From Malacoraja senta (Eukaryota): a stretch of DNA of 64,000 nucleotides. Positions 40,004 through 54,300 of the stretch are shown here, one piece after another (positions within the stretch are counted from its first letter, which is position 1; each line of letters starts with the position of its first letter). The DNA lies in NCBI GenBank assembly GCA_038087875.1, contig JAXLNO010000146.1, positions 620,001-684,000 of the forward strand. Reading direction: 5' to 3'. Position numbers and translations under genes: made by a program. Under the pieces are notes generated by a model. The model worked only from the letters and a program-made list of their open reading frames with translations. It was not told the origin of the DNA and ran no database searches.

Positions 40004-41573
40004 AGGTGTGGAAAAGATGTACAATAACAGTGCCTTGGTTACAATGATTAGAAGGACTGGAGCCTCAGGGGCTTCCCAGGTAACGGGCAGGATAGGAGAG
40101 AGAAGCAGCGTTTTCCCAGTCTTTCCCAGTATTGATGAAGGGTTATTGACCTGAAATGTTGTCCCTGTTTCCCCATCTTTGGATACTGATTGATCTGTTG
40201 AGGTCTCTGAGCAGTTCTTGTTTCTCCAATTGAATTTTCCAACAGTAGGTAATTACCCTCTCTACTGCCTCTCTCTTCTCCGCACCCAACCCAGTACATC
40301 CCATTTCTCCCCCTATTCTTGGCAACACAAGTGGATAGAGTGGCAAACAAAGCATGTTATATGCTTGTTTTCATTGATCAACTCATTGTGCATGAGTGGT
40401 TGCATTTAGTTCATTGTCACATGTACTGAAGTTCGATGAAAAGCTTTTCTTGCATGCTAACTAGTCAGCAGGAAAACAATAGATGATTATAAACGAGCCA
40501 TCCACAGTGTACTGTAGATACATGATAATAGGAATAATGGTTAGTGCAAAATAAATTCCAGTCGTGAAGTCATGATGCAGCTTTATTATACATTTGTTAG
40601 GCCGCATAAGGAGTATTGCATGCAGTTCTGCTCATCCCATTACCCAGAAGATATGGAGGCTTTGGAAAGGTTTATCGGAATGACACCTGGGGGGGGTGTT
40701 ATAGCCAAGATGTTTGACAGACTTGGATTATTTTCTCTGGAACATCAGAGGTTAAGGGGAGACCTAATAGAATTATATAAAATTATGAGGAGCATACATA
40801 CGTTAGACAGTGAGAACCCTTTTCCCAGGATGTAAGTATCAAATACTGGAGGGCAGTTTTAATGAGAGAAGGGCTAAGTTTAAAAGAGATCCGCGGGACA
40901 AGTTTTTTTACACACAAGAGGGCGGTGAGTGCCTGGAAAATGCTGCCATGCAGATATGGTGGTGGTATTGAAGAGGCTTTTAGATACACATGAAATGGAG
41001 GGATATGGATTATGTGCAAGCAGATAAGGGTTCGTCTTGTCATCATGTATGGCATAGACATTGTGGGCTGAAATGCCTGTTCTTCCATCTAGATCCCTCC
41101 CTTTTGCTTTGCATTTCACCCATCTGCTCTTCTTATCTGACACATGTTTGTTGCCTTTTTATCTTGAGCCTGTGTCACTTATTCCACTGCCAATCAACCC
41201 CCCACCCCAACTGTATCTACCTATCACTCGCCAGGCTTTGTCCCGCACACTACTCCTTCTCAGCTTTCTCCCTGCTACTACAATCAGTTTGAAGAAGGGT
41301 CCTGCCCCAAATGTCACCTGTCCATTCCCTCTACAGATGCCGCTGAGTTCCTCCACCACCCCATGTTTTGCTCAAGATTTCAGCATCTGCATTTCCATGT
41401 GTCTCCTGTTCATGTTCTGGATTTCCAGCCCCTACAGTTTTTTGTTCCAATGAGATAAGTATTCAGTCACTTTGCATGGCATCTGTATCCAACAATACAA
41501 AGGACTACAGGTGGAATGAGTTTCATTACAGAATATATAATTGTCAGCCAAATATGGACAATAAAGCACTTAC

Positions 41574-41596
41574 CGGCCAAGAATATTTTTAATATC
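41574..41596 (-). CDS. TRIM exon 4 (23-nt micro-exon)
   Basis: cttctctctttcag|GATATTAAAAATATTCTTGGCCG|gtaagt encodes DIKNILG(R); the size is typical of this TRIM class. Confidence 0.9.
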
Positions 41597-42896
41597 CTGA
41601 AAGAGAGAAGATTGTTTTAGTTTTAGCTTTTAGTTGTAGAGATACAGCACAGAAACAGGCCCTTCGATCCACCGAGCCTGCAACGACCTGCGATCCCCGC
41701 ACATTAACATTATCCTGCCCAAACTAGGGACAATTTATATTTAAACCAAGCCAATTATCTACAAAATTGTACGTCTTTGGAGTGTGTGAGGAAACCGAAG
41801 ATCTCTGAGAAAACCCACAGAGGTCACGGGGAAAATGTACAAACTCCATACAGACAGTACCCGTAGTCAGGATCAAACCCGGGTCTCTGGTGCTGTAAGG
41901 CAGCAACTCTATCGCTGCAACACGGTGCTGCCTTTTATTACAACATTGCATTCCAAAGATCTGTCGGAAACTTAAACAATGGCAAAAATGCATTTCCAAT
42001 TTTATTGAGTAAAAATTGTGTTTTGACTTCCCACTGAGTCACAAGGTGTGGACACAGAATACATTCAATACCAAACTCATAATGCGAAATTCAACCGTAG
42101 CTCTCTCATCAGAAGCCTGTTGCTACATTGCATAGATGGGTTTAGTTTAGTTTAGGTATACAACACGGAAATAGGCCCATTGCCCCACAAAGCCCATCCT
42201 GATCATCGATCACCTATTTGCATCAGTTCTAAGTTATTCCACTTTCCCATCCACTCCCTACACACTGATGGCAATTTTACAGAAACCAGTAAACCTACAA
42301 ACCCCCACAACTTTGGGATGTGGGAGGAAACAGGAGCACCCGGAGAAAACCCACGTGGTCACAGGGAGAACATGCAAACTCTGCACAGACAGTGCCCAAG
42401 CTCAAACAGAGAAAGGAAAATGGACAAGCACATCTGGTCAGGCAGCATCTGTGGCAAGAGCAACGCAGAGTTAATGTTTAGTTTAGTTTAGTTTAGAGAT
42501 ACAATGCGGAAACAGGTCCTTCAGCCCACTGAGTCCGCACCAACCAGCGATCCCCGCACACTAACACTATCCTACTGCGGACAATTTACACTGATACTAA
42601 GCCAATTTTCAGGTTAATAATGTTAACTCTGTTTCTTTCTTCGCTGATGTGGACCTGCTAAATATCAGCAACTTTTTAGGTTTCTATTTTTGATTTTCTG
42701 CATTTGCTTGTCAACCACAGCTTGCCTCGTGTGAACTGGGCACATCTTGTAGTTTTACACAGAGGGTGGTGGGTACCTTGACCGCGCAGCCAGAGGTGGT
42801 TTATTAGTTTAGTTTAGGGATACAATGTGGAAACAGGCCCTTCGGCCTACAGAGTCTACACCGACCAGCAATCCCCACACATTAACATTCTCCTAC

Positions 42897-43980
42897 AGTT
42901 GGCAGACACGAAACAAAGAGTAGGGATTAACGGGTCCCTTTCAGAATGGCAGGCAGTGACTAGTGGGGTTCCGCAAGGCTCGGTGCTGGGACCGCAGCCA
43001 GTTACAATATACATCAATGATTTGGATGAAGCGATTCAAAGTAACATTACAAATTTGCAGATGACACAAAGCTGGGTGGCAGTGTGAACTGTGAGGAGGA
43101 TGCTATGAGAATGCAGGGTGACTTGGACAGGTTGGGGGAGTGGGCAGATGCATGGCAGATGAAGTTTAATGCAGATAAATGTGAGGTTACCCACTTTGGT
43201 ATCAAAAACAGGAAGGTAGATTACTATCTAAATGGCGTCAAGTTGGGAAAAAGGGAAGTACAACGGGATCTGGGGTCCTTGTTCATCAGTCTATGAAAGT
43301 AAGCATGCAGGTACAGCAGGCAGTGAAGAAAGCGAATGGCATGTTGGCATTTATAACAAGAGGAATCGAATATAGGAGCAAAGAGGTCCTTCTGCAGTTG
43401 TACAGAGCCTTAGTGAGACCACACCTGGAGTATTATGTGCAGTTTTGGTCCCCTAATTTGAGGAAGGACATTCATGCTATTGAGGGAGTGCAGGGTAAGT
43501 TTACAAGGTTAATACCCGGGATGGCAGGACTGTCATATGCTGAGAGAATGGAGTAGCTGGACTTGTACACTCTGGAGCTAAGAAGGATGAGAGGAGATCT
43601 CATTGAAACATATAAGATTGTTAAGGGTTTGGACACGCTAGAGGCAGGAAACATGTTCCCGCTGTTGGGGGAGTCCAGAACCAGGGGCCACAGTTTAAGA
43701 ATAAAGAGTAAGCCATTTAGAACGGAGACAAGGAAATTCTTTTTCTCACAGAGAGTGGTGAGTCTGTGGAATTCTCTGCCTCAGAGGGCGGTGGAGGCCG
43801 GTTCTCTGGATGCTTTCAAGAGAGAGCTAGATGGGGCTCTTAAAATAGCGGAGTCAGGAGATATGGGGAGAAGGCAGGAACGGGGTACTGATTGGGGATG
43901 ATCAGCCATGACCACATTGAATGGCGGCACTGACTCGAAGGGCCGAATGGCCTACTCCTGCACCTATTGTCTATTGTCTA
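42897..43980 (+). mobile_element. CR1 LINE 3' fragment inserted into an oppositely oriented SINE (42805-42897 and 43980-44181)
   Basis: WQAVTSGVPQGSVLGP...LWNSLPQRAVEA; the SINE sequence ...cctaca|cacattagg... is split by the insertion. Confidence 0.9.
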
Positions 43981-45054
43981 CACACATTAGGAACAATTTA
44001 TAATTTTACCAAGCCAATTAACCTACAAACTGTGCAGGATGAAACTGAAGATCTTGGAGAAACCCACGTAGGTCACGGGAGAATGTACAAAGTCCGTACA
44101 GACAGCACCCGTCTTCAGGGTGGAACCCGGGTCTCTGGCGCTGTGAGGCAGTCGTGCTACCGCTGCGCCACCGTGTTGCCCTAGGTGGTGGTGCACGTTG
44201 ATAAAATAACAGCATTTACGTGGTGTTTAGATTGGCACATGGATATGCAGGGCATGGAGGGATATGGATCATGTACAGACTGAAGAGATTAGTTTAGCTT
44301 GGAATCATATTCAGCTGTGAAATTGTGGGTTGAAAGGTCAGTTCCTGTGCTATGTCCCAAGTTCTATGGTCTATTAACAGAAAAACCGACTGTTAAAATT
44401 GAAGCTCACAGATCTATGAGGAAATGGTTCATTGGTGCAGTAAACCTCTATTATTTCACGTTCTGACTATTTGGAAATCCTGATGCATCCAATTTGCCAC
44501 ATCACGTGGTGATTTCCCTGTTCCTTTTAACGCACCAGGGTCTTAGTCACCATTGATAGACACAAAATGCTGGTGTACCTCAGTGGAACAGGCAGCATCT
44601 CTGGAGAGAAGGAATGGGTGATGTTTCGGATCGTGACCCTTCTTCAGATTGAGAGTCAGGGGAGGGGGAGATTCAGAGATAAGGAAGTGTTAGGTGTGAG
44701 ATCGAGACATCAAAGGGGGTGATCAAGGAAAATGTCGAATAGATCATTGTTAGCGAGGAGATGGTAACAACAAAGCAAACAGAGATAACATGTAATCAGG
44801 GAAAATCAAACTGGTCGGAGTTCTGGGAAGGGGGAGGGGTGGAGAGAGAGGGAAAGCAAGGGTTACTTGAAGTTAGAGAAGTCAAACTATCTTTGGTTTA
44901 AACTAGCATAGCATTCTACTCTTAGTGGCCATTCATCCCTTAGCAATCTGGTGCTAAATTTCCGCACTTACAGAACAGCACAGCACAATACTGGAGCAGG
45001 CCCTTTGGCCCACAATGTCTGTGCCAAACTTGATGCCAAGATAAACTAATCTCA

Positions 45055-45821
45055 GGTACACAAAAATGCTGGAGAAACTCAGCGGGTGCAGCAGCATCTA
45101 TGGAGCGAAGGAAATAGGTAACGTTTCGGGCCGAAACCCTTCTTCAGACTGATAGGGGGTGGGGGGAAGAAAGGAAAAAAGGAAAAAGGCAGAGGAGGAG
45201 CCCGAGGGCTGAGGGAGGGGAGGAGACAACCAGATGGCTGATGAAGGGGAGGGGACAGCAAGGGCTAGCAGAATTGGGAGAATTCAATGTTCAAGCCCCC
45301 AGGATGTAGACTGCCCAAGCGGAATATGAGGTGCATTTACTCCAACTTACGGTGTTGCTCGCTGTGGCCATGGAGGAGACCTAGGACAGAGAGTTCAGAT
45401 ACGGAATGGGAGGGGGAGTTGAAGTGCTGAGCCACCGGGAGGTCAGGTTGGTTATTGCGGACCGACCGGAGGTGTTCGGCGAAACGATCGCCAAGCCTCC
45501 GCTTGGTCTCACCGATGTAGATCAGCTGGCATCTAGAGCAGCGGATGCAATAGATGAGGTTGGAGGAGATGCAGGTGAACCTCTGTCGCACCTGGAACGA
45601 CTGCTTGGGTCCCTGAATGGAGTAGAGGGGGGAGGTGAAGGGACAAGTGTTGCATCTCTTGCGGTTGCAAGGGAAAGTACCAGGGGAGGGGGTGGTATGG
45701 GAGGGAAGGGAAGAATTGACAAGGGAGTTACGGAGGGAGCGGTCTTTGCGGAAGGCAGACATGGGAAGATGTGGCGAGTGGTGGGGTCACGTTGGAGGTG
45801 GCGAAACTGACGGAGGATCAC
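45055..45821 (-). mobile_element. Penelope-like element, 5'-truncated: GIY-YIG endonuclease region and pseudo-LTR
   Basis: ORF 45337-45762 FTCISSNLIYCIRCSRCQLIYIGETKRRLGDRFAEHL...VAQHFN; candidate TSD AATCTCA at 45048-45054 and 45822-45828. Confidence 0.92.
45117..45150 (-). ncRNA. Minimal type I hammerhead ribozyme motif in the Penelope pseudo-LTR
   Basis: agt-CTGAAGA-a-GGG(tttcgg)CCC-GAAA-CGTT-ac: CUGANGA and GAAA cores, stem II, and a loopless palindromic stem III (ACGT). Confidence 0.65.
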
Positions 45822-47586
45822 AATCTCATCTGCCTGCAGGTGACCATGACATGCCTGTCTAAAAGCCCATAAACACCAGTATTGGACCTGCATTCACTAC
45901 CACCACCCCTGGTTGTGCATTCCATCCACGAACCACCCTCGCTTGTCCTGCACATCTCCTGCACATTTTGTCTCCTCACCATAAAGCTATGCCCTCGAAT
46001 CTTTCATATTTCCACCATAGGAAAGGGTTCAAACTGTCTACCCTGTGGCTCTCTTGACTTTATCTACTTCCATCAGGTTTCTCCTCAACCGGCATTCCAG
46101 AGAAACCCATTCAGGTTTGTCCATCCCCGTCGGATACTAATTCCCTGTAATCCAGGCATCATTCTGGTAAACATCTAGTGCATTCTCTCCAAGGCCTCTA
46201 CATACTTCTTATATTGGGGTGTCCACAACTGCACACAATACTCCAAATGAGGTCTAACCAAAGTGCTAAAAATCAGCATCATGTCTTCCCGACACTTCTA
46301 CTCAATGCCCAACTAATCTTTTCCTTTTCACTGGCTTGCACAGCTTGGGTCTGACGTGATTCTGTGTGCTGATTGTGTCTATAAGCTTGTGATGGTGCAG
46401 GAATCAAAATTTTCATTGTATCTGTCCTTCACTCTACATATTCATATGACAATAAACTCAACTTGACTTAACCAGTCTCACTTAAAACTCACCTGGGCCC
46501 CATTCCCCATCCATGCTTCCTTGAAACTTGCCTCGTACTGCTTCTAGTGCTCTGTTTAAATGTACCTGGTTAACTGGAACAGTCACAAAAATCTGGAGTA
46601 ACTCAGTGTGCGAGGCAGCATCTCTGGAGAGAAGGAATAGGTTTTGGGTCGAGACCCTTCTTCAGACTGAGTGTCAGGGGAAAGGGAAACGAGAGATGTG
46701 GAAGGTACATAGAAGAAATGAATGAAAGATATGCAAAAAGCAACGATGATCAAGGAAAGGTGTAGCCCACAATGGTCCATTGTTGTCTGTGGGGGTCGGT
46801 GATAATGTGTTAACGGGAATGTTATTCTACATATCATCTATAAACAATGATTTAAAACAGTGCAAAACACAAAGTGTCTGAGGAATTCAGCAGATCATGT
46901 AGCATCTGTAGAGGGGGAAAGGATACATGATGAATTGGGTCGGGACCTCCTCTAGACTGACTCAGACTTAATTAGTGTACATAGTGCTGTTATAACATCA
47001 GATCAAGCAGCATGTTTGATGGTGCTTGACCTGCTGAGCTATTCTAGAACTTTGTATCCTCTTGTGGAAACCAGCATCAGCAATTTCTTGTTTCGAAGTG
47101 TGTTGGAGTATTAATGAATACGATCCAAGTCTGGAAAAGCTGCTACATTGGTTTAGGTTTAGAGATAGATTGCGGAAATAGGCCCTTCCGACCACTGAGT
47201 CCGCGCCTACCAACGATCCTCACACATTGACATTACCCTACACACACTAGGGACAATTTACAGTTCTACGAAGCCAATTAACCTACAAACTTGCACATCT
47301 TTGGAGTGTGGGAGGAAACCGAAGACCTCGGAGATAACCCACGCGGTCACGGGGAGAACGTACAAACTCCGTACAGACAGCACCCATAGTCGGGATCGAA
47401 CCTAGGCCTCTGGCGCTGTAAGTGCTGTAAGGCAGCAACTATACCGCTGCGTCACCGTGCCACCCATTCTGGGACTGGTGCTGCCAAAGTTCTGAATGTG
47501 GACTGATGGAGTTCTCTACTCCACATTGGGTTTTAGAATCTGAATGGTAATGGCATCATGTTTCCCATGTAAACTATAGACAATAC

Positions 47587-47817
47587 CTGCATAAATTCTG
47601 CATCTTCTAGACACAGTTTTCCTTGCATGTCTGAGATTGCTTGCTTAAGTGATGCATGCTGTTCGGAGATTTTCTTCAGATTTTCATCTTTTTGTTGCAA
47701 TATGGCATTTTCCTTTTGCTCCAGTTTTGTTTTCAGCTTTTTCTCTTCCTGGTGCAAAAACTGGTGCAGTTCTTTGAACTTAGATTCAATGTTCTTCTGC
47801 AGAGCCGCAGATTCTTT
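47587..47817 (-). CDS. TRIM exon 3 (231 nt, coiled coil)
   Basis: ttccatcag|KESAALQKNIESKFKELHQFLHQEEKKL...EDAEFMQ|gtattg. Confidence 0.93.
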
Positions 47818-49827
47818 CTGATGGAATAAACAACAGGTACATTTACCCAGTGCAAGGTGAGAAGTGTAGTCGTGGAGCATAGAACAGAAAACAGTTGCAC
47901 AAGAACAGGCCCTTTGTTCCACAATGCCACAGATGAACATTATGTTAGGTTAAAACTGAAAACACACACCTTCAGATTCAGGGACAGTTTCTTCCAACTG
48001 TTATCCGGCAACTGAACCATCCACTCACTAACTAGAGAGTGGTTCTGACCAACCATCTACCTCATTGGAGACCTTTGAACTATCTTTAATCGGACTTTAC
48101 CCTTCTTTTTATTTTAGAGATACAGTGTTGAAACTGGGTCTTTGGCCCATCAAGTCTGTGATGACCAGTGATCACCCATACACTAGCTTTATCACACACA
48201 CTGGGGACAATTTACAGAAGCCATTTAACCTACAAACCTGCACATCTTTGGAATGTGGGAGGAAACATCTTCAAGGTGAGAGGAACAAGTTTAAAGGAGA
48301 TGTGCGGTGCAAGTATTTTTATTTTCGCAAAGGGTGGTGAGTGCTTGGAATGTGCTGTTGTAAGGGGGGGAGGGGAGGTGGTTGAGGCAGATATGTTAGT
48401 GGCATTTAAGAGGCTGTTGGGTAGGCAAGTGAATGGTGGGATATGGATGATGTGCAGGCAGATAAGAGTTGGTCCTGTCATTATATTTGGCAGATATTGT
48501 GGGCCAAAGGGCCTATTCCTATGTCCCATGTTGTAGGATGGTGATGATTTGACACCGTGGTGCAGATTCAGTCTCCTTGTTTACAGAAGGCAGTGTTGAA
48601 AAGTTTCATTAACTTGACTCATCATTAAAAGGAGTTGTATTATATGGGAAGTGAATAAGATTCTGAGTTGTTGACAGGATATGTTGTAGGAAGGAACTGC
48701 TGATGCTAAACCAAAGATAGACACAAAACACATTTCCTTATCTCTGCATCTCCCCTGATTCAGTCTGAAGAAAGGTCTCAACCCCGAAACGTCACCCATT
48801 CCTTCTAACTAGAGATGCTGCCTGTCCCACTGTGTTACTCCAGCATTTTGTGTCTATCTTGTTGACAGGATGCTTCATCTGGTTGGGACAATCTAGAACA
48901 GAATGTATAGATTTGGCCAATGGCTTTACCAACTGAAGGGAATAAAGAAATAAATCTGAGGAATGAGCCTGAAGAAATGTCCTGATCCGAAATGGCACCT
49001 ATCCGTTCCCTCCACTGATGCTGCACTTTGCTCCTCCAGCACTTTGTGTTTTGTTCAAGATTCTAGCATCTGCAGTTCCTTTTATCTCCAAGGGAAAGAG
49101 AAGGATTTTTGTTTGCTCAAAGGTTTGTGAGTCATCGATGGATTGATGTAATAGTGAGAAGTAAAGTTATGACTAGAAAAGCGGGCAGGCTTGATGGAGC
49201 ACATGGAGAAACAAGGAAGTACAGATGCTGGAAAGTGCTGTAGGAAATATACATCACATGGGATCCAATGAAAGAAAGCTGAATGGATAGAGAATTGGCT
49301 TCATGGAAGGAAGGAGAGGGTGATGGTGGAAGGTTGCTTTTCAGACTGGAGGCCTGTGACTAGTGGTGTGCCTTGGGGTTCGGTGCTGGACCCATTGCTG
49401 TTTGTCATTTATAGCAAACATATGGATGAGAACATACATGCAGGGGGGAAAGATTTAGTAGGAACCTGAGGAGTAACTTTTTTACGCAACGGGTGGTCGG
49501 TGTATGGAATAATTGCCTGAGGAGGTAGCTGAGGCACCATCGCAACGATTAAGAAACATTTAGACAGGTCATGGATCAGATAGGTTTAGAAGGATATGGT
49601 CCAAACACAGGCTGGTGGGACTAGTGTAGATGAGACATGTTGGTCCGTGTGTGGAAATTGGGCCGAAGGGTCTGTTTCCACGCCATATGACTCTATGAAC
49701 TGATCGGTTCTGGAGCATCTGTGAAAGGAATGGACAAACAGCCCAAAACATTGGTTATCCATTCCGTCCAGTGATGCTGCCTGACCCACTGCATTACTCC
49801 AGCAATTTGTGTTTTGATGGAGCACTT

Positions 49828-50935
49828 GTGGATGGCTGTTTGTCAGGTTGGAGGCCGGTGACTAGTGGGGTGCCTCAGGGGTCTGTGTTGGGTCCACTGT
49901 TGTTTGTCATGTACATCAATAATCTGGATGATGGTGTGGAAAATTGGATTAGTAAGTATGCAGATGATACTAAGATAGGTGGTGTTGTGGATAATGAAGT
50001 TGATTTTCAAAGTCTACAGAGAGATTTAGGCCATTTGGAAGAGTGGGCTGAAAGATGGCAGATGGAGTTTAATGCTGACAAATGTGAGGTGCTACATCTC
50101 GGCAGGACAAATCAAAATAGGACGTACACGGTAAATGGTAGCGAATTGAGGAATGCAGTTGAACAGAGGGATCTAGGAATAACTGTGCATAGTTCCCTGA
50201 AGGTGGAATCTCATGTAGATAGGGTGGTAAAGAAAGCTTTTGGTGTGCTGGCCTTTATAGATCAGAGCATTGAATATAGAAGTTGGGATGTAATGTTAAA
50301 ATTGTACAAGGCATTGGTGAGGCCAATTCTGGAGTATGGAGTACAATTTTGGTCGCCTAATTATAGGAAGGATGTCAACAAAATAGAGAGAGTACAGAGG
50401 AGATTTACTAGAATGTTGCCTGGGTTTCAGCAACTAAGTTACAGAGAAAGGTTGAACAAGTTAGGTCTTTATTCTTTGGAGCGCAGAAGGTTAAGAGGGG
50501 ACTTGATAGAGGTCTTTAAAATTATGAGCGGGTTAGACAGAGTGGACGTGGATAAGCTTTTCCCATTGAGAGTAGGGAAGATTCAAACAAGGGGACATGA
50601 CTTGAGAATTAAGGGACAGAAGTTTAGGGAGAACATTAGGGGGAACTTCTTTACTCAGAGAGTGGTAGCTGTGTGGAATGAGCTTCCAGTGGAAGTGGTG
50701 GAGGCAGGTTCGATGTTATCCTTTAAAAATAGATTGGATGGGTATATGGACGGGAAAGGAATGGAGGGTTATGGTCTGAGTGCAGGTAGATGGGACTAGG
50801 GGGAAGTATTTATTTTTAATTTTTAAAAAAATAAAAAAAATAAAAACATTTTAAAAATGTTCGGCACGGACTTGAAGGGCCGAGATGGCCTGTTTCCGTG
50901 CTGTTATGGTTATATGGTTATATGGTGATATGGTT
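49828..50935 (+). mobile_element. Young CR1 LINE, 5'-truncated, with an uninterrupted ORF2 C-terminal third
   Basis: Open frame to 50799: VTSGVPQGSVLGP, KYADDTK, LYKALVRPILEYGVQFWSP, RVVAVWNELP; tail (ATGGTTAT)n. Confidence 0.95.
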
Positions 50936-51268
50936 GTCTGACTCCTGCTCCCTTCCCTACGCTTCTCATGTTGTGTGGTTGGAGAAAACATCGGCTCTTT
51001 CAATGAAGGCACAAGAAACTAAGGATGCTGGAACCTTGAGCAAATGATCATTGTGATTTTTGGCATGGAATCGGACGAAACTAAATATTACAACAGATCA
51101 AATATATAATGGAGTGAAAGGCACAAAAAATAAATATTCACCTGGCGCTAGATTGTGTCAATGTCCCACATACATGACATTGGACCGCAACACTACTTTG
51201 TACATTAACTGTTTGGTTTCCCATCTCAACTTCGCTTTGGTGTGGGACCTTTAAACGGATCTTCTTAC

Positions 51269-51364
51269 CTTCACTTTATTTACATCTTCCTCTTCTTCAT
51301 CCACACTTTTACAGATATCAACCATTTGTTCATTAAGGGACTCTATTTCTTTCCGTACCATTCC
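51269..51364 (-). CDS. TRIM exon 2 (96 nt)
   Basis: tctctgttccag|GMVRKEIESLNEQMVDICKSVDEEEEDVNKVK|gtaaga. Confidence 0.92.
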
Positions 51365-54300
51365 CTGGAACAGAGATATTTGCAAAAAAAGTCACTTAGA
51401 TCTTCTGAGAAAGACAACATTTTTAAAATCTGTTGTCAATGATCTGGAAGATCGAACCCCAATTATAGTTAGGCTCAGCTGGTAGAGCAGCCTCACAGCT
51501 CCAGCGATCTAGTTTCAACCGGTTCCACCAGGTTTGTCCATGTGGCTTTCTCCTTGTGTGGATTACACCCATTTGCTCGTAATTTTTTCCATGTCCCATA
51601 AAACAGGCAATCCGGCATGTTTCCAATTACTCTAACCAATTTCTACAGATGCTCCCTAGAAAGCATCGTATTAGAATGCATCACAGCTTGGTTTGGCAAC
51701 TGCTCTGCCCAAAACTGCAAGCAATTGCAGAGTTCCGATGTAGCCCAGTCTATCATACAAACCAGCCTCCCCCTCATCGACTCCATCACTACCACACTTC
51801 CTCAGGAAAGCAGCCAACATAATCAAGGACTACTTCCTCCCCAGTCATCCTCTCTTCTCACCTGTTCCATCAGTCAGAAGATCCAAAATCTTGAAAGTGT
51901 GTATGACTTTCAGGAATAGCTTCTCTCCTGCTGTTATAAGACTATTTAACAGGCTCTTATAAGCTATTGGTGTGGTCCCGATCACCCAATCTATCTTCTT
52001 GCAACGTTTACATTTTTATAAAATCTGCACTTTCTCTCCAACTGCAGCACTAGACTCAACACTGTTTATTTTTCTCTTTGCACTACCTGGTATACTTGTC
52101 TATGGGTTATTGTACTTATAAATGGCATGACTTGCTTGGATAGGGGGCTGAGCACATTTTATTCACTGTATCTCAGTACCCTTGAGAATACAAAACCAAT
52201 ACCCAGGGTGATTGTGTTCTGTTTGGTAGTTTAAGAGGACACAGTAAATTGCCCCGAGCATACAGGTGAGCGACTGAATGTGGGTAAAGTTGATGGGAAA
52301 GTGGAAGGAATAGATTACAGGGAAAATTATTGGGAAATAAGGTCGCTCTCTATGCTGGTGTAGACAGTGGGCTGAAATAGCCTTCACCTATATCACAAGG
52401 ATAAACAGAATTGGAATTTGGTAGTGGTTCATTATTGTTATGTGTACTGAGATGCAGTGAAAATCTTGTGTTTGTGTTCCATGCAAACAATGTAATACTA
52501 TACATGAATACAATCAAACAGGTACAATAGTAAGAGTGAAGAGAAAATACCAGCGTGCAGAATATAGTTCCCAGCAATGGAGCATAAAAGTTTCATAGAA
52601 AAAGTCCAATGTCCGCCATGAGTTAAGTTGGAGAATTGGGACTGTACTCTGGCTTAAGACAGGATCTTCCAGAAGTACGGTAAATATGACAGGAGAAGAA
52701 GCTGTTCCCGAGTCTCGCTTTATGGACTTTCAAGCTTCTGTATCTTCCGCCTGATAGGAGCGGGGAGAAGAGGGAATGACCAGGGTGGAAAAGGTCCTAG
52801 ATTTTGTTGGCTGTTATCCCGCGGCAACGTAGATGAAGTGTCATAGTCATAGAATCTTGCAGCGTGGAAACAGGCCGTTCGGCCCAGTTTGCCCTCACCA
52901 GCACTAGTCGCACCTGCTTGCATTTGGCCCACATCCCTCTAAACCTGTCTGATCCATGTACCTGTCTAAATGTTTCTTAAATGTTGCGATAGTACCTGGA
53001 TCAACGACCTCCTCTGGCAGCTCATTTCAAACACCTACCACCCATTGTTTGAAAAAGTTCCCCTATCTTTCCCCCTCACTTTAAACCTATGTCCTCTGGT
53101 TCTCGATACCACTACTCTGGTCACGGGACTCTGTGCATCTACCCGATCTATTCCTCTCATGATTTTGTACACCTCTATAAAATCACCCCTCATCCTCCTG
53201 CGCTCTGAGGAAAAGAGTCCTAGCCTGCTCAGATTCTCCCTAAAGCTGAGGCCCTCGAGTCCAGCTAACATCTTCATCAATCTTCTCTGCACCCTTTCCA
53301 ACTGTGTATGGTGGGGAATCTGGTCTGCGTGATGTCCTAGGTGGCATCCACAACTCTCTGCAATTTCTCGCTGCTTCATGCAGAGCAATTCCCAAACCAA
53401 GTAGCGATGCATCCCGAAATGCTGATTTCTTCAGTGCATCTGTAGAAGTTAGTAAGAGCCGTTGGAGACATGCTGGATTCCTGAGGAAGTAGAGGATTGG
53501 TGTGCTTTTTTGGCTGTAGCTTCTGAGTATTTGGTCAAGGACAGAATTTGCATTCATAATTATAATAACAATTAAAAAAATGGGTGAAGAGAGAAGAAAG
53601 GTATAATTTAAGAATATAAGAAATTGGAGCAGATGTTGATAACATGGCTCCCTGTGTCCTTCACCTGAGCACCACCCACTTCCCTTCCCGATTCTCATGA
53701 TCCTCGTCTCTCTTAGGGGCAAGTTCTCTCTTGAACGTATTTAATGACCTTTACTCCACAACTCTCTGCAGTAGACTATTCCAAAGATTCACCATCCTCA
53801 GTGGAGAAGTTTCTCCTCTTCTCCATCTGAAAAGAGGAACTGTTTATTCTTGAATAACGACCCTGTTTTTAGATATTAAATCATCTTATCAAAATCTATC
53901 TTGCAAATCCCCTTCATAACCTTCCATGTTTCAACAAGGTCACATCTCATTCCTCGAAGCAGCAATGAATACAGACCAAACCTGCTCAACCATTACTCAT
54001 ATGGCAAACACATCATTGGAGCAATCAAACAAATATGCATTATCTGGGCTGCCTTCAATGCAAGTTATCTTCTCCTTAAAGGGCCTGTTTCCCTGCTGTA
54101 TCTCTAAACTAAACTAAACTGCAGATGTTAGAATCTTGTGTAAAACACTGCTGGAGGAACTCCGCAGGTCAGGCAGCATCTGGGGAAAGAACTAACAGAT
54201 GGATTTTCAGGTTGAGTCTGAAGAAGGGTTCAGAATGTTGTCTCGATTAGACGGCATTACCTATAAGGAGCGGTTGTTTTCTCCAGAATGCCAGTGGGTG

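Noticed and set aside
49771..50799. 342-aa ORF as a host or domesticated gene
   Set aside because: 5'-truncated young CR1 ORF2; its ATG comes from an unrelated upstream repeat, and a near-identical copy lies at 37781-38497
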